64,000 nt of DNA from Octopus bimaculoides. Its lineage: Eukaryota. Location of the stretch: the NCBI RefSeq assembly GCF_001194135.2, contig NC_068987.1, positions 1,227,572 through 1,291,571 on the forward strand, given 5' to 3'. Position 1 is the first letter of the stretch, and the number at the start of each line of letters is the position of its first letter. A model generated the notes under the pieces. The model was not told the DNA's origin and searched no databases. It worked only from the letters and a program-made list of their open reading frames with translations. Both the position numbers and the translations under genes were made by a program. Below are positions 1 to 11,480 of this stretch, one piece after another.

Positions 1-797
1 CTTTTATTTTGTCTGAGAGAAAATCTTTTCATAGACCTGTGTTAAAGCACATTATATACAGAGGGAGAGGTGAAAACTGTCTCTGGAAACGCAGACATAT
101 GAATTGTTGATGCCGTGTACATGTTTACCATTTGCTAAGACGAACTTCGTACTGTGTTATACAGAAAATAGCAACTAATACGATCCCTGATGTTGTAGAA
201 AACTTACAAGGCTCTATAAAACTCGCGATATACCATTGAAATAGCTTTAAATGCAAATCATCTCCCTTATATCGTATTAAATGTTTATACATCATTGAAG
301 ATGCCGTTCTTTGTCATTATTATAATTTAGTCGAAGCTAAAGAATATTTAAGAAAGAAGACAAGGTCACGCCTGGAATGCCTCTAACCATACTTCTTTTC
401 AATCAGTGCGTACGTGAGGTTGAAAAAACAATGACCATATCTGTGAAATTCCAGCAAAGATCCTCCTAACTATAAAAACATTAAGGTCAACATTAAGGTC
501 ATATTTTCAAGTTCTTTTTTAACTGCGAAAACTGTTGTTTTTCTTCGAGGTCACGTTCACCTTAACACCACGTGACACTGAAATGAAGTCAAATATTAGC
601 TCAGTTAAGCTTCTTGTAGATTATGTTCTTAACAAGCAATTCTCATAATCTGAAATTTTCTAAGTTCAAGTGAAGATGATCAAAATATGTTAAAACCTTT
701 TCGGATAGTGAGCTGTGAAACCGCTTTTGTTCAAAAATTGAACTGAAATATTTATTTACAAAATAACCAAAGATCTTATCACATCGACTCGGTACAG

Positions 798-926
798 CCT
801 GTTGTTGTTGTTGCTATTGTTGTTGTTGTTGTTGTTGTTGTTGCTGTTGCTGTTGTTGTTGCTGTTGTTGTTGCTGTTGCTGTTGTTGTTGTTGCTGCTG
901 CTGCTGCTGCTGGCGGCGGCGGCGGC
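798..926. repeat. Composite trinucleotide repeat (GTT/GCT/GCG)n
   Basis: Directly visible run of gtt/gct then ggc triplets; produces the poly-A/S/N ORF 756-971 on the minus strand. Confidence 0.9.
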
Positions 927-1159
927 AAGACGGTGCTGCTTTTTGAGTTTCTTAGTCAATATCGAAGTCAACCCTTAACAAATAATACTTTGGTCAAAGA
1001 CATTCCAGCTACGGCCATCCTGTTTACAATTTCTAATGTGTTGCTATCGCAGCAGAGTGTGTTGTGATATTTGGTTGCTATTTCAAGCTCCTTCGCCTCC
1101 TCTTTACTGAAGACAGAAAGATAGGTCGTCATCATCGTCTACATAGTAGTAGTACTACA

Positions 1160-1199
<40 letters not shown>

Positions 1200-1339
1200 A
1201 TAATAATAATAATAATACTTCAGTCCACTAATAATAATAATGATGAAATTTTATCCCTCAATAAATCAACATCTTCAAGTACTCAACAGTATGACCGCTT
1301 CAGCATAATTATCGGGTTTTATCCAACATCTTGGGTGTC

Positions 1340-1560
1340 CAGTATTAAAGAATTCTTCAACTTTCCACTCCACCGTTGCAAGGTCGTGATTTCAAACCTT
1401 AGACCGGGAGGTGCGTTGTGTTCTTAAACAAAAGTCTTCATCTCGCGTTGCTTTACGATCATTTCGACACTTGACGTGCGGCACACCGTCTACCTGAACA
1501 GAAAACGTCGATTTGCTGGAGAGATTCAGCTAACGCGCCGCCAGAACATTCAATCAGCGT
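1340..1560 (+). mobile_element. Decayed tRNA-derived SINE related to family C
   Basis: ggtcgtgatttcaaacc (B-box-like) followed by gcgttgtgttcttaaacaaaagtcttcatctcgcgttgct, resembling gtgttgtgtccttcggcaagacactttatttcacgttgtt in the copy at 37735. Ends are approximate. Confidence 0.45.
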
Positions 1561-1569
1561 AACCAAATC

Positions 1570-2452
1570 ATTTGTGCAGGTTGTTCGGCGAAAGATGGAC
1601 ACTCATACCTTGTCTTGGACAGGAGAATCCAGCATCACTTAAATATACACATACACACATACATGCAGTTCTGAAAAGTGAAGTGAACAACATTGTACGA
1701 GTTGGCAGTGAACTCCTCAAGAAACACTCTCCTCCTGATGATCTCCTATACAGCCCCAAAACAGCTGGGGTCTCTTACCTCAGAGAAGACCTGGATAGAA
1801 AGCACTCAACATACAAAAAGAGACCATCCATGGGTATGTTGCCCGGAGGCTTGAAGAAAACAGTTGAACTGACACGAAGCTCAGCCGCTCTTGGACACAA
1901 GACTACTACATCACAGTTTCAAGGCTATGCGTTTGCAATCCAGGAACTGGAGATTGCCACAAAGGACCTAGTGAACAAGAGAAGCAGTGACGTTCTTGTA
2001 ATCCTAAAATGCAACCGCATGTGTAGGCTATGTCATGTTTCTATGGAAGACATGACGCATGTCATTAGCAGCTGTCCTAAAATGTCGTCATGGTACTACC
2101 TCCCTATGCGGCACGATGTTGTTGCTAAAACAATTGAAAATACCATCCACAAAAAAGATTGTCCTGAAATAAACTTAGAAAATCACTCTGTTCTGGAAAA
2201 CATTCATAAATACTAACTGAAGGAATATTGGTGGAATATCTGTCAAATGTAAGCATAACAGGTCGGATATTGTTGTTTGAGACAACATATTCGTACCAAT
2301 AATAATTGGAGCACTAGGTTTTGTTAGAAAATGCTTAAAGGAGAATCTGGATGAATGGGATTTTCAGAAAGAGAAATCGACCGGATGATCTGTACATTAC
2401 TGTGAGTGGAACAGTAAAAATATGGAAGAGTTTTCTCAAGTTCCAAATGTGA
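1570..2452 (+). mobile_element. 3' fragment of an R4/Dong-type non-LTR retrotransposon (zinc knuckle plus restriction-like endonuclease), disrupted
   Basis: ORF 1572-2216 has CRLCHVSMEDMTHVISSC (CX2CX8HX4C) and RHDVVAK. After frameshifts it reads HNRSDIVV*D (PD-type motif), FVPIIIGALGFV and GTVKIWKSFLKFQM*. Stops and frameshifts indicate a dead copy. Confidence 0.8.
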
Positions 2453-2579
2453 ATTTGTCTGCTTTAACTACATCCCAAAGATGTAGCCTTGTATCTTTAT
2501 TGGAAACTAGCTTCCTCCTCGGTAGAAGATTTATAATAATTAAAAATAGAAGAGACATACATATGCATACATACATACA

Positions 2580-2617
<38 letters not shown>

Positions 2618-2807
2618 AGCAGAAGTAACAGTGACTCAAGGTCCACAGGTACCTGCGTTGGCACTTATCAAACCTACACACACACACATGTATGTATATA
2701 CATTCATACATGCACATACAAACATATCTATCTATCTATCTATCTATAAAATATATATAAAAGTAAATTATACATGTACATACATTAATATAAACATATG
2801 TTAGTGA

Positions 2808-2842
<35 letters not shown>

Positions 2843-5582
2843 TATATATATATGTATGTATGAATGTATATACATATACGTATATAATATACATGTAGTT
2901 GTAATGATAAATATAGTTTGTTTTTGAATATTGCTCAAATTGGATTTAAATGACTTCTTTTCCTTATGAATAGCGTTAGCCATATTAAACGGAAATAATG
3001 AATTTTTTTGTGAACTCTGCAGAGAGAAATTGATTCTGGTAGCAGACAAACACATGAAGACAGAATACTTCTCAGAATAGAATAACTATTTCATGCTTAT
3101 TAAACACAGTTTTACACGGCGAGGAAGAAAAAAAATATACCATAAATATACTATAAAGAAAACTAGCATTTTGACGGGAGTTTTTTTCTTTTTAAATGGT
3201 GAACGATGTTGAATGATAATCTAACCAGAATTCTAAATAATTACCAGGAAATGCTATCCGATTAAGGTAGATAATTCTTTTTATAGTAAGCAAATATCTA
3301 TCTCGGTGACAACTGTAAAATATTAGAGCAATAATTTTATAAATATTCGGAATTTCAGAATGGAGGTATAATCACACATACCATACTTAATTTTGGTCTA
3401 ACAAGATTTTCTGATATGTAGATATATATTCATGGAGAGAAAATTGCCATGCAATTCTCTACAACATATCAAAATGTCGTTTCTTTTTATTTGTCGTAAT
3501 CAAATTCGGTTAGATTCTTATGAGAGACACATCAATGTTTAGTCTTACAAACCAAATATTTCGTAAATCACAACCTACCGTCTTTTAAGAATAGAAGTCT
3601 TCATCAGATATTGTGACCCCAAACTTCATAAAAACTAAAGGAAAATTGGAAAGGTCACAGTTGGAGTGACTGTTATAATTGGTCTACTTGTTCAGATTTC
3701 GTTCCGGTTCAAACAACAACAGCCGCAACTCATATACATCACAATATCTATAAACATAAAACTGCAAAGGTCTTTCAATTTTGACAATGAGATATTAGGC
3801 GCGGTCATTGTGACTAAACTTCAGGATATTCACGCTTCAAAGGAATCATCTTCCACCACAACTTCCGTTCTGCAAATAAACTAGACACAGAAAAATATAG
3901 GAGCATCAGATTCAGGCGTCAGAACTCTTTCATAAAAACCACGTGACCACGTGTGCCCTGATTCCTTTCTCTATAACAGTTGGCTCGAGACAATACACCG
4001 ACGACAACAAGCACAGATACATAAAATAAGAAGAACACATGTCGAGTACAACTCAAATATCTGCAAAGTACGCAGATCAACCGGTTCGCCTTCCGACTAC
4101 AATTTACTGTAATAAATATAAAAAGTTTCATTGGATAACATAGTTCCAGATATATTTGGGGGTGGAATGGAAAGGCGGAACGGCCACAGTATGTTTTATA
4201 TGGTGGAATTCTCGATGCATTGTGATAGGAAGGTCAGCTCTTGGAGCGGCATTGACCTGCGACATCAGTACCGACTTGGTACTAAGCAACCACAACAACA
4301 ACAACAACAACACGAGGAACCCACTCTTCTGCGTTTTACAGAACGTCTTCGATCTGTAGAAGTTGTAAAGCTGACATCAATGATATCGATCTGAGTGGAG
4401 GGTGTTTTGAAGGGCTATGAGCGGTGCCCTCATTAGACAAAATGAAAACGATAAAACACTATCTGTCACGTCTTCATTTGTTCTCCAATTGACTGAAACG
4501 ATGAAAAACTTCAAAGACCATTCTTTCTATTCACAGAATCACCGTCCGGCATCCATGACTTTAAAGAATATTAACGTCTCTCTACATTCCATTATTCATT
4601 GGTTCAAACGAGAAGGAATTCATTTGAAATATTTCAACTTGTAATGCTTCCTGCCCCGATTTATAATATTTATGAAATAGATTTTGTCGGAGTGAACAAT
4701 GGCGTTCTCACCAGAATAAAGTCACGAGACATATTTTCTGAATCTTCTGAAGACTCTACGGTTTAAAGGTTTTCTTACTTAACCTTCGAACAATATCTTG
4801 ATGATTAAGTTCACTCTAAGATATTTCTCATCTCGATCCAAGAGTAAATTGGATATATATAATATTTATATTGATATCGTTGTGTATCTGCTTCCTAATA
4901 GAATCAAAGTAGATACTTGGAATATTTAATGGTGTCACACTAAACTCTTTATACGTCGCGAATTTAGCTCCAGCGTCGCAAGTGTTCGACAGTTTTCATT
5001 CCATATTTGTTTATTATTCTTTCTCCATTAGAAATCTGTTATTAAATTTGTAGAAGAGGAATTTGGCCAAAGATCACAGACCTAATATTAGTGAGAATTA
5101 ATTTAAGAGAATATATAATTTAAAAGAGTACGCAGAGAAAATGGTAACACACGTATTGTCAAACTTTTGGACGAGCGTTTTCTCACTAAACCCCAGGTCA
5201 ATTGTATTGCTGCTTTAACGTTAAACTATAGATCTTTTGAGTCACTACTTTAACAATTTCACTCTGTTATATATACGCTAGAAATAGCAACTAAATATCC
5301 CTCCAGTGTTTGAAACTAGACGCAATGGTGAAATATAACGGTTGGTGTTGAATGAAATGAGCTTGGTTGTAGTTTACACTGTCCCCGTCTGACCTGGAGT
5401 TAAGTAGAAACAACAGCTAAATGAGTCATCACGTAGACTTGTTGCAGACATACTTAGTGTCCTTAAATGACAACAGAAAATCTAGTTCCACTAGAACAAG
5501 ATGTGAATATTTGGCCATTTATGTAAAGATTGAATGCAAAAACTGAGATGTGAGCAATTGTAAAATAAAGTAAACGTAAAAC

Positions 5583-5617
<35 letters not shown>

Positions 5618-6324
5618 GTGATATGAAAATTAAAGAATTAGTAAAAAGAAAAATTAGAAGAAAATATGCCATCTAAAAGAAATAATAATGATAGGCAAGT
5701 CTCTCTGTGAATTATTGAAGTATTCTGATTGGATAGGAAAAAAAATTCGATCAGATAGATTTTCCTGATGGAGATTAAAATCGATGCTAGATTTCGTTGT
5801 TATTATTATGGATTGGTGAGAAGCTGATGATAATTAAATCTCTAACTCTGATCACATGGAGGGAATATTCGATCGAAATGAATCAAACGAAGTGTGTCAT
5901 TGATTAGACTATTGAACTGCATGTCTCAATTTGATTGCTATCTATACACTATAACAAACTGGGATAATTATCAGAGAAAATACAGTATGTATTTTTGACA
6001 TGCTTAAATAATAGAAACACATGTAAATAGTTAAAGCAGGATATTTATTGTCAATGAGGCCCCTCAAATAAAGGGCGGTAATCGATTTAATCTAATGAAG
6101 TCACACCACAAGAAAAAGGTCAACATCTCGCCTTGAGGTATTCTTTCTCCTGTCTCAGCTATTCCATCTGCACTGCAATGGATCTCTATTTTTCCAACTT
6201 GGATCATCTGATGGCAACACCATTCACACATACAAAATATTCTCATTTCTCTTCTTTTGGTCATCGAATCTCACACATCACAAGCTCCATAGTAACAACT
6301 CCGTCTAGTTCTTCTGTCCCGTCT

Positions 6325-6682
6325 GCGAAATTTTTCCCCATGAAAGTTCCGGATCCCAGTAATGAACTCATTTGCATACAGCCAATCAGAACTCACCTTG
6401 ACAGGTAGAGGGTGATGTGCTAACAACCCCCTCCCCGTACTGTTTCACAAAGTAAACAACAACACAAATAACTACACAGAGGCAGCCATGATTGAAACAA
6501 GAACAACAAGCATTCGTAAAAGAGAAAAGAAGAATGGTCATTCCTTACCCAAGTGACCTTATCTTATCGTCCATCACTTGTTATACGCTCATAAATTAGT
6601 TTGATAGTTGAGCTCTGATTGGCTGTATGCAAATGAATTCATAACTTCGGTCCGGAACTCTCGTGGGAAAAAAAAAATTCAC
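6325..6682. mobile_element. Mutator-like (MULE) non-autonomous element / MITE, 358 bp
   Basis: Inverted arms of about 75 bp (6325-6398 and 6607-6682) include a perfect 23-bp match (6368-6390 vs 6614-6636). A perfect 9-bp direct repeat GTCCCGTCT flanks it at 6316-6324 and 6683-6691. Long TIRs with a 9-bp TSD are typical of Mutator. Confidence 0.8.
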
Positions 6683-6856
6683 GTCCCGTCTTCCTCCTTT
6701 CCTTTCTTTCCAGAACACAAATCCGCTAGGCCCTCACATGTATCTTTTTCTCCCTTTTAAACTTATAGCTGCCGGTTCAATGTGCATCAACAACAACATA
6801 CTACTCCTACTACTACTACTACTACTACTAGTAGTAATAGTAGTTTTATATTATTC

Positions 6857-7050
6857 AAGCAGCGAGCTGGCAGAATCGTTAATACGCCGGGCAATATGCT
6901 TAGCGACGTTTCGTCCGTCCTTACGTTCTCAATTCAATCGATGCCGAGGCTGACTTTGCTTTTCATCCTTTCGGACACGATGAAATATCTTCCAGTTGAG
7001 CGATCTAACCGACTTATTCCCTTCCTCAAGATTGCTGGACTTGTGTCAAA
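6857..7050 (+). mobile_element. SINE family A, first copy of a head-to-tail dimer
   Basis: gcagcgagctggcagaatcgttaatacgccgggc...ttacgttctcaattcaa...gactttgcttttcatcctttcgg...ttgtgtcaaa matches the copies at 43045 and 50087. Confidence 0.85.
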
Positions 7051-7229
7051 AGGCGGCGAGATAGTATAATGCTTGGCAGTATTTCATCCGTCTTTATTTT
7101 CTGAATTCAAAAGCCACCAAAGTTTGTTTTGTCTTTTATCCTTTAGGGGTCGATAAAAAAAAATAGCAGGGGACAGTGTAGCCGACAAACTTCCTTCCTC
7201 TAAATTCCAAGCCTTGTGCCTATATTTGC
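7051..7229 (+). mobile_element. SINE family A, second copy of the dimer
   Basis: aggcggcgag...ttctgaattcaaa...tatcctttaggggtcgataaa...ccttgtgcctatatttgca, ending in (AAT)n. Confidence 0.8.
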
Positions 7230-7257
7230 AATAATAATAATAATAATAATAATAATA

Positions 7258-7735
7258 AAGACATATTGAAAGACTTCAGACAAAAATCCTGCCTCCTCAT
7301 TGACATGACTGTCCCAATGGACATAAATGTATCTGTCAAGACCTACCAAAAACTGAGCAAGTGTAAAGAACTTGAAATGGAAATTGGCAAAATGTGGAAC
7401 CTGAAAAGTAAAACAATACCTGTTGTCATAGGTGACCTGGGAATGATAGCAAAAGGGGCTAATTCCTACCTAGCTCAGATACTAGGGAACCCCAAAATGC
7501 CAGAAATTCAAAAGATAGTGCTCATGGAAACTGCCCATATCCTACGTAAAATACCGTCTATGTAATCTCAAATTTTAAAGCAAACTCATAATTAAAAAAA
7601 AATTTTCTTAAACATTCTCTAGAACAATATTTTGTGCAAAACCAAATATATGACACCTTAGGCATAACACCAGCATGAACTTCGAACTTGTTGGCCCTTG
7701 AGGTGTCTGGGTGAAACTTGGACTCAAGTCAAACA
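7258..7735 (+). mobile_element. 5'-truncated R4/Dong-type LINE: endonuclease C-terminus plus 3' UTR
   Basis: ORF 7266-7565 LLIDMTVPMDINVSVKTYQKLSKCKELEMEIGKMWNLKSKTIPVVIGDLG has the D..P.D..K..K..Y/C..L..E.W..VIG.LG pattern of RLE LINEs. It begins directly after (AAT)n at 7230-7257. Confidence 0.85.
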
Positions 7736-7750
7736 TGTTAATATGGATCC

Positions 7751-8043
7751 AAAAGTGTGTAGACGTAAGAGCAGAAGAAAGATGGATCAATTACTAATCG
7801 GAAAGACTATCCTGGATGACTGCAAGAAGAGACGCAAAAATTTGCCGATGGCATGGGTGGACTACAGGAAAGCATTTGACATGGTCTCACACTCGTGGAT
7901 GTTTGAATGCCTTAAACTGCTTAAGGTATCGCACAATATCCTGAAGTTAATACAAAACTCAATGACAATGTGGCGAACTGGACTCAGCATGCTCGGAGAG
8001 GTAAATATCAAAAGAGGAGTCTTTCAAGGGGACAGTCTGTTGC
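7751..8043 (+). mobile_element. Internal reverse transcriptase fragment of an R4/Dong-type LINE
   Basis: KVCRRKSRRKMDQLLIGKTIL...MAWVDYRKAFDMVSHSW...KRGVFQGDSL covers RT domains of about 2-4 and breaks before the YXDD domain. Confidence 0.85.
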
Positions 8044-8044
8044 A

Positions 8045-8172
8045 AGTGTTTTACTGGTACTTAATTTATCGACCCCGAATGTATGAAAGACAAAGTCGGA
8101 TTCAGCGGAAGTTGAACTCGGAAAGTAAAGACTGGGCGAAATACCGCGAAGCATTTCGCCCGGCGTGCTGAC
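8045..8172 (-). mobile_element. SINE family A, partial
   Basis: actggtacttaatttatcgaccccgaa...gttgaactcggaaagtaaagac...gcatttcgcccggcgtgct matches 50150-50262. Confidence 0.85.
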
Positions 8173-8180
8173 TATGCTGT

Positions 8181-8235
8181 AATAATAATAATAATAATAA
8201 TGATGATAATAAAAATAATAATAATAATGATGATG

Positions 8236-8285
<50 letters not shown>

Positions 8286-8304
8286 TATTATTATTATTAT
8301 TATT
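8181..8304. repeat. (TAA)n switching to (TTA)n, an inverted microsatellite junction
   Basis: Direct reading: aataataat...ataattattattattatta. Confidence 0.9.
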
Positions 8305-8470
8305 AAGGCGGCGAGCAATCAGACTTCTTAGAAGGCCGGAAGAAAATGCTTATCGTTATCTCTTCCGGCTCTTTAGGTTCTTCAGCCGTTGATTTTGCAT
8401 TTCATCTATTCGGAGTCGATAAAATTAATACCAGTCAAGTACTGGAGCCGATGATATCGATGAGCTTACT
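8305..8470 (+). mobile_element. SINE family A, decayed
   Basis: aaggcggcgagc...aaatgcttatcgttat...ttttgcatttcatctattcggagtcgataaaattaataccagtcaagtactgg. Confidence 0.75.
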
Positions 8471-8494
8471 GTGTCGATGCTGGCNNNNNNNNNN

Positions 8495-8535
<41 letters not shown>

Positions 8536-9236
8536 GTGTGTAATTTTGTACGTATGTAAATGGATGTATATATTAGCTATGTATGCGGGGCGTGTGTGCA
8601 CTGACGCATGTATGTATTGGCATGTTCCTTGAATGATAATAAAGTCGTAGAGCGATTGTGTTAAGAACTCCATGCTTAAAACATAAACCGAACCTATTTT
8701 GTGAATAACTGACAACTCCAACAACAACAACATCGCCATCAACGATAACGAGGACAACTACAACGACAGTAAATGTATCACTAATAAAACTAAGAAAATC
8801 TTGTCGCTCGAAATAGTACAATGGAAAGGAATTGTTCATTGTGATACTTTCGCCATTTATAGTATACTCGTCTCTCATCGATTATCGTCTGCGATGCCTT
8901 CATAACCAAACAACTACACGTATAAATAAATAAATAAAAATATAAATCAAGAATAAAAGATAAATAAAAGGTAAAATTGAATGAATAAACAAGGAATATA
9001 TCTAAACAAAGCAAAGCAAATAAAACTACGCACACAAACACACACACACGTAAACACACACACGTAAACACATAAACACACACACACGCACGCACACACA
9101 CAGACACACACGTACACACACAATCACTGCACATACTCCTATACAACGCATTGCATTGGAGAAGATTCTGGATTACGACTTTGTTCGCAAGTAATCGTAT
9201 TAAAGTGACAATGCAAGGATGTCGAACAGAAGCTGA

Positions 9237-9284
9237 TCACGTGACAGCATTACAATATCCGCTGTAGCGATTAAAATGGCTGCC
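9237..9284 (+). promoter_or_regulatory. Candidate cis-regulatory pair: E-box TCACGTGAC plus YY1-like AAAATGGCTGCC
   Basis: Motif matches at 9237-9245 and 9273-9284 only; no transcript evidence. Confidence 0.2.
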
Positions 9285-10364
9285 GAGCTGTTTTCTCAAT
9301 CGAATCTTGGTTTACGCCGCTGTCGTTGTTGTTGATGCTGCTGCTGTTGTTGTTGCTGGGTGGTGGTGGTGGTGGTGTTGATGTCGATGATGTATCTCTA
9401 TTGCCACATCTTTCTCTTGTCTTTCTTTCTATCTATCTCTTACCTGTATTATGTAAAAAAAAAGCAAGAAAAACGAGGGGAGGGGAGGGGTTTATAGAAT
9501 TGTGTAGTTTGTTTGTGATGTTAATCTAAGTCTTGACTTCTCCACTACAACTACACCTTCCACCGTAACCTCACCACCACCACCACCTTAACCACCGTTA
9601 AGCTAACCGTCTTATCCATACTCAATCCTTCTCCTTAACAACCTCATTATTCGACATCTCATAGAAATAGCGATCCGTCTTAGTACTGTTCTATGCTATG
9701 CATGTGGGTTGTGTGTGTGTGTGTGGGGGGTTCCATCCTATCAAGATTCGATGGGTTACGCGACAAATGCGATATGCAACATGCGTGCATATGCCATGCA
9801 TATCTGCTTACACACCTATGCACATGCAGCGTCCATACCAAATATGGGTATAAATATACATAATAAAAGAATGGATATATGTCACTGAATACGAGGGAGA
9901 GAAGGAAGGTACTCGACGACTGCGAAGTAGAGCGGGATATAAGATACGAGAAGCACGATTTCAAATTTCATTAGATCATCTTTGTGTTTCTGGCAATTAA
10001 TAGGGTGACAGTTGGAACTCGGAGTGGAGTTGGTGATTATATATATATATTTGTACATACATGCAAACACACATGTATATGTGTGTATATATGTATATAT
10101 GCATACAAATGCACGCACACTGCTGATACGCACGCGTGCGCGCGCATATATGTATTTACCCCACGCCTTTTTGTCAATATAATCTTTAAAAACCCTACAT
10201 ATCTGATATTGTTCTTATTCATTAATATACTGGTTTTCACTTCTATCTATCTTTATATATTTACTCATCCCTCTCTCTCTTTTTCTCTCTCTCTCATATG
10301 TGTGTGTCTAAGGCCGTCTTTCTACCGAATAATCACTTTATACATTAAACTTCTATATCTCCCG

Positions 10365-10433
<69 letters not shown>

Positions 10434-10595
10434 AATATCAATTTCTACGAGCCTGACAGTGTGGCAAGATAGAGCAAGCCGAAACTTTGGTATCATTGTG
10501 AACATTTCCTATGTACAAGACTAATAAATATACATATTTCTCTCGCACACATACACACACACACATACATACATACAAACATACATACATACAAA

Positions 10596-10795
10596 CATAA
10601 TCGAAGCTGTGTGGTTAGAAGATAGCTTCTCAACGCCAAGCTCCCGCATTCGGCAAAAAGGGCTGATAGAATAAGTATCCGCTTTAAAAATAGCAACTAC
10701 TAAGCTCGATAATTTAGACTAAAATATTCGTCAAGGTGATGCCCCAGCATAGCCACTGTGTAATGAGGGAAACACGTAAAAGAGAATATATATAT
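10596..10795 (+). mobile_element. SINE family B, decayed and internally deleted
   Basis: gctgtgtggttagaagatagctt head joined to ttcggcaaaaagggctgatagaataagta...gccccagcatagccac...gaaacacgtaaaagagaat tail. Confidence 0.65.
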
Positions 10796-11442
10796 TTATA
10801 GATAGATAGATAAGACATATATATATATATATATATACATGCATGCATACATACATACATGCATATATATCTATAAATACGTACACAAATACATACTNNN
10901 NNNNNNNNNNNNNNNNNNNNNNNNNNNNNNNNNNNNNNNNNNNNNNNNNNNNNNNNNNNNNNNNNNNNNNNNNNNNNNNNNNNNNNNNNNNNNNNNNNNN
11001 NNNNNNNNNNNNNNNNNNNNNNNNNNNNNNNNNNNNNNNNNNNNNNNNNNNNNNNNNNNNNNNNNNNNNNNNNNNNNNNNNNNNNNNNNNNNNNNNNNNN
11101 NNNNNNNNNNNNNNNNNNNNNNNNNNNNNNNNNNNNNNNNNNNNNNNNNNNNNNNNNNNNNNNNNNNNNNNNNNNNNNNNNNNNNNNNNNNNNNNNNNNN
11201 NNNNNNNNNNNNNNNNNNNNNNNNNNNNNNNNNNNNNNNNNNNNNNNNNNNNNNNNNNNNNNNNNNNNNNNNNNNNNNNNNNNNNNNNNNNNNNNNNNNN
11301 NNNNNNNNNNNNNNNNNNNNNNNNNNNNNNNNNNNNNNNNNNNNNNNNNNNNNNNNNNNNNNNNNNNNNNNNNNNNNNNNNNNNNNNNNNNNNNNNNNNN
11401 NNNNNNNNNNNNNNNNNNNNNNNNNNNNNNNNNNNNNNNNNN

Positions 11443-11480
<38 letters not shown>

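Noticed and set aside
990-1115. Minus-strand acceptor followed by KEEAKELEIATKYHNTLCC, echoing QELEIATK in the LINE at about 1945
   Set aside because: The match is only 7 residues with poor nucleotide identity and no donor; it cannot be supported as an exon or LINE fragment.
4245-4400. Minus-strand peptide ...KRRRVGSSCCCCCCCGCLVPSRY* and overlapping ORFs at 3919-4394
   Set aside because: The poly-Cys comes from a (CAA)n microsatellite, there is an in-frame stop upstream, and no domain or good splice pair is evident.
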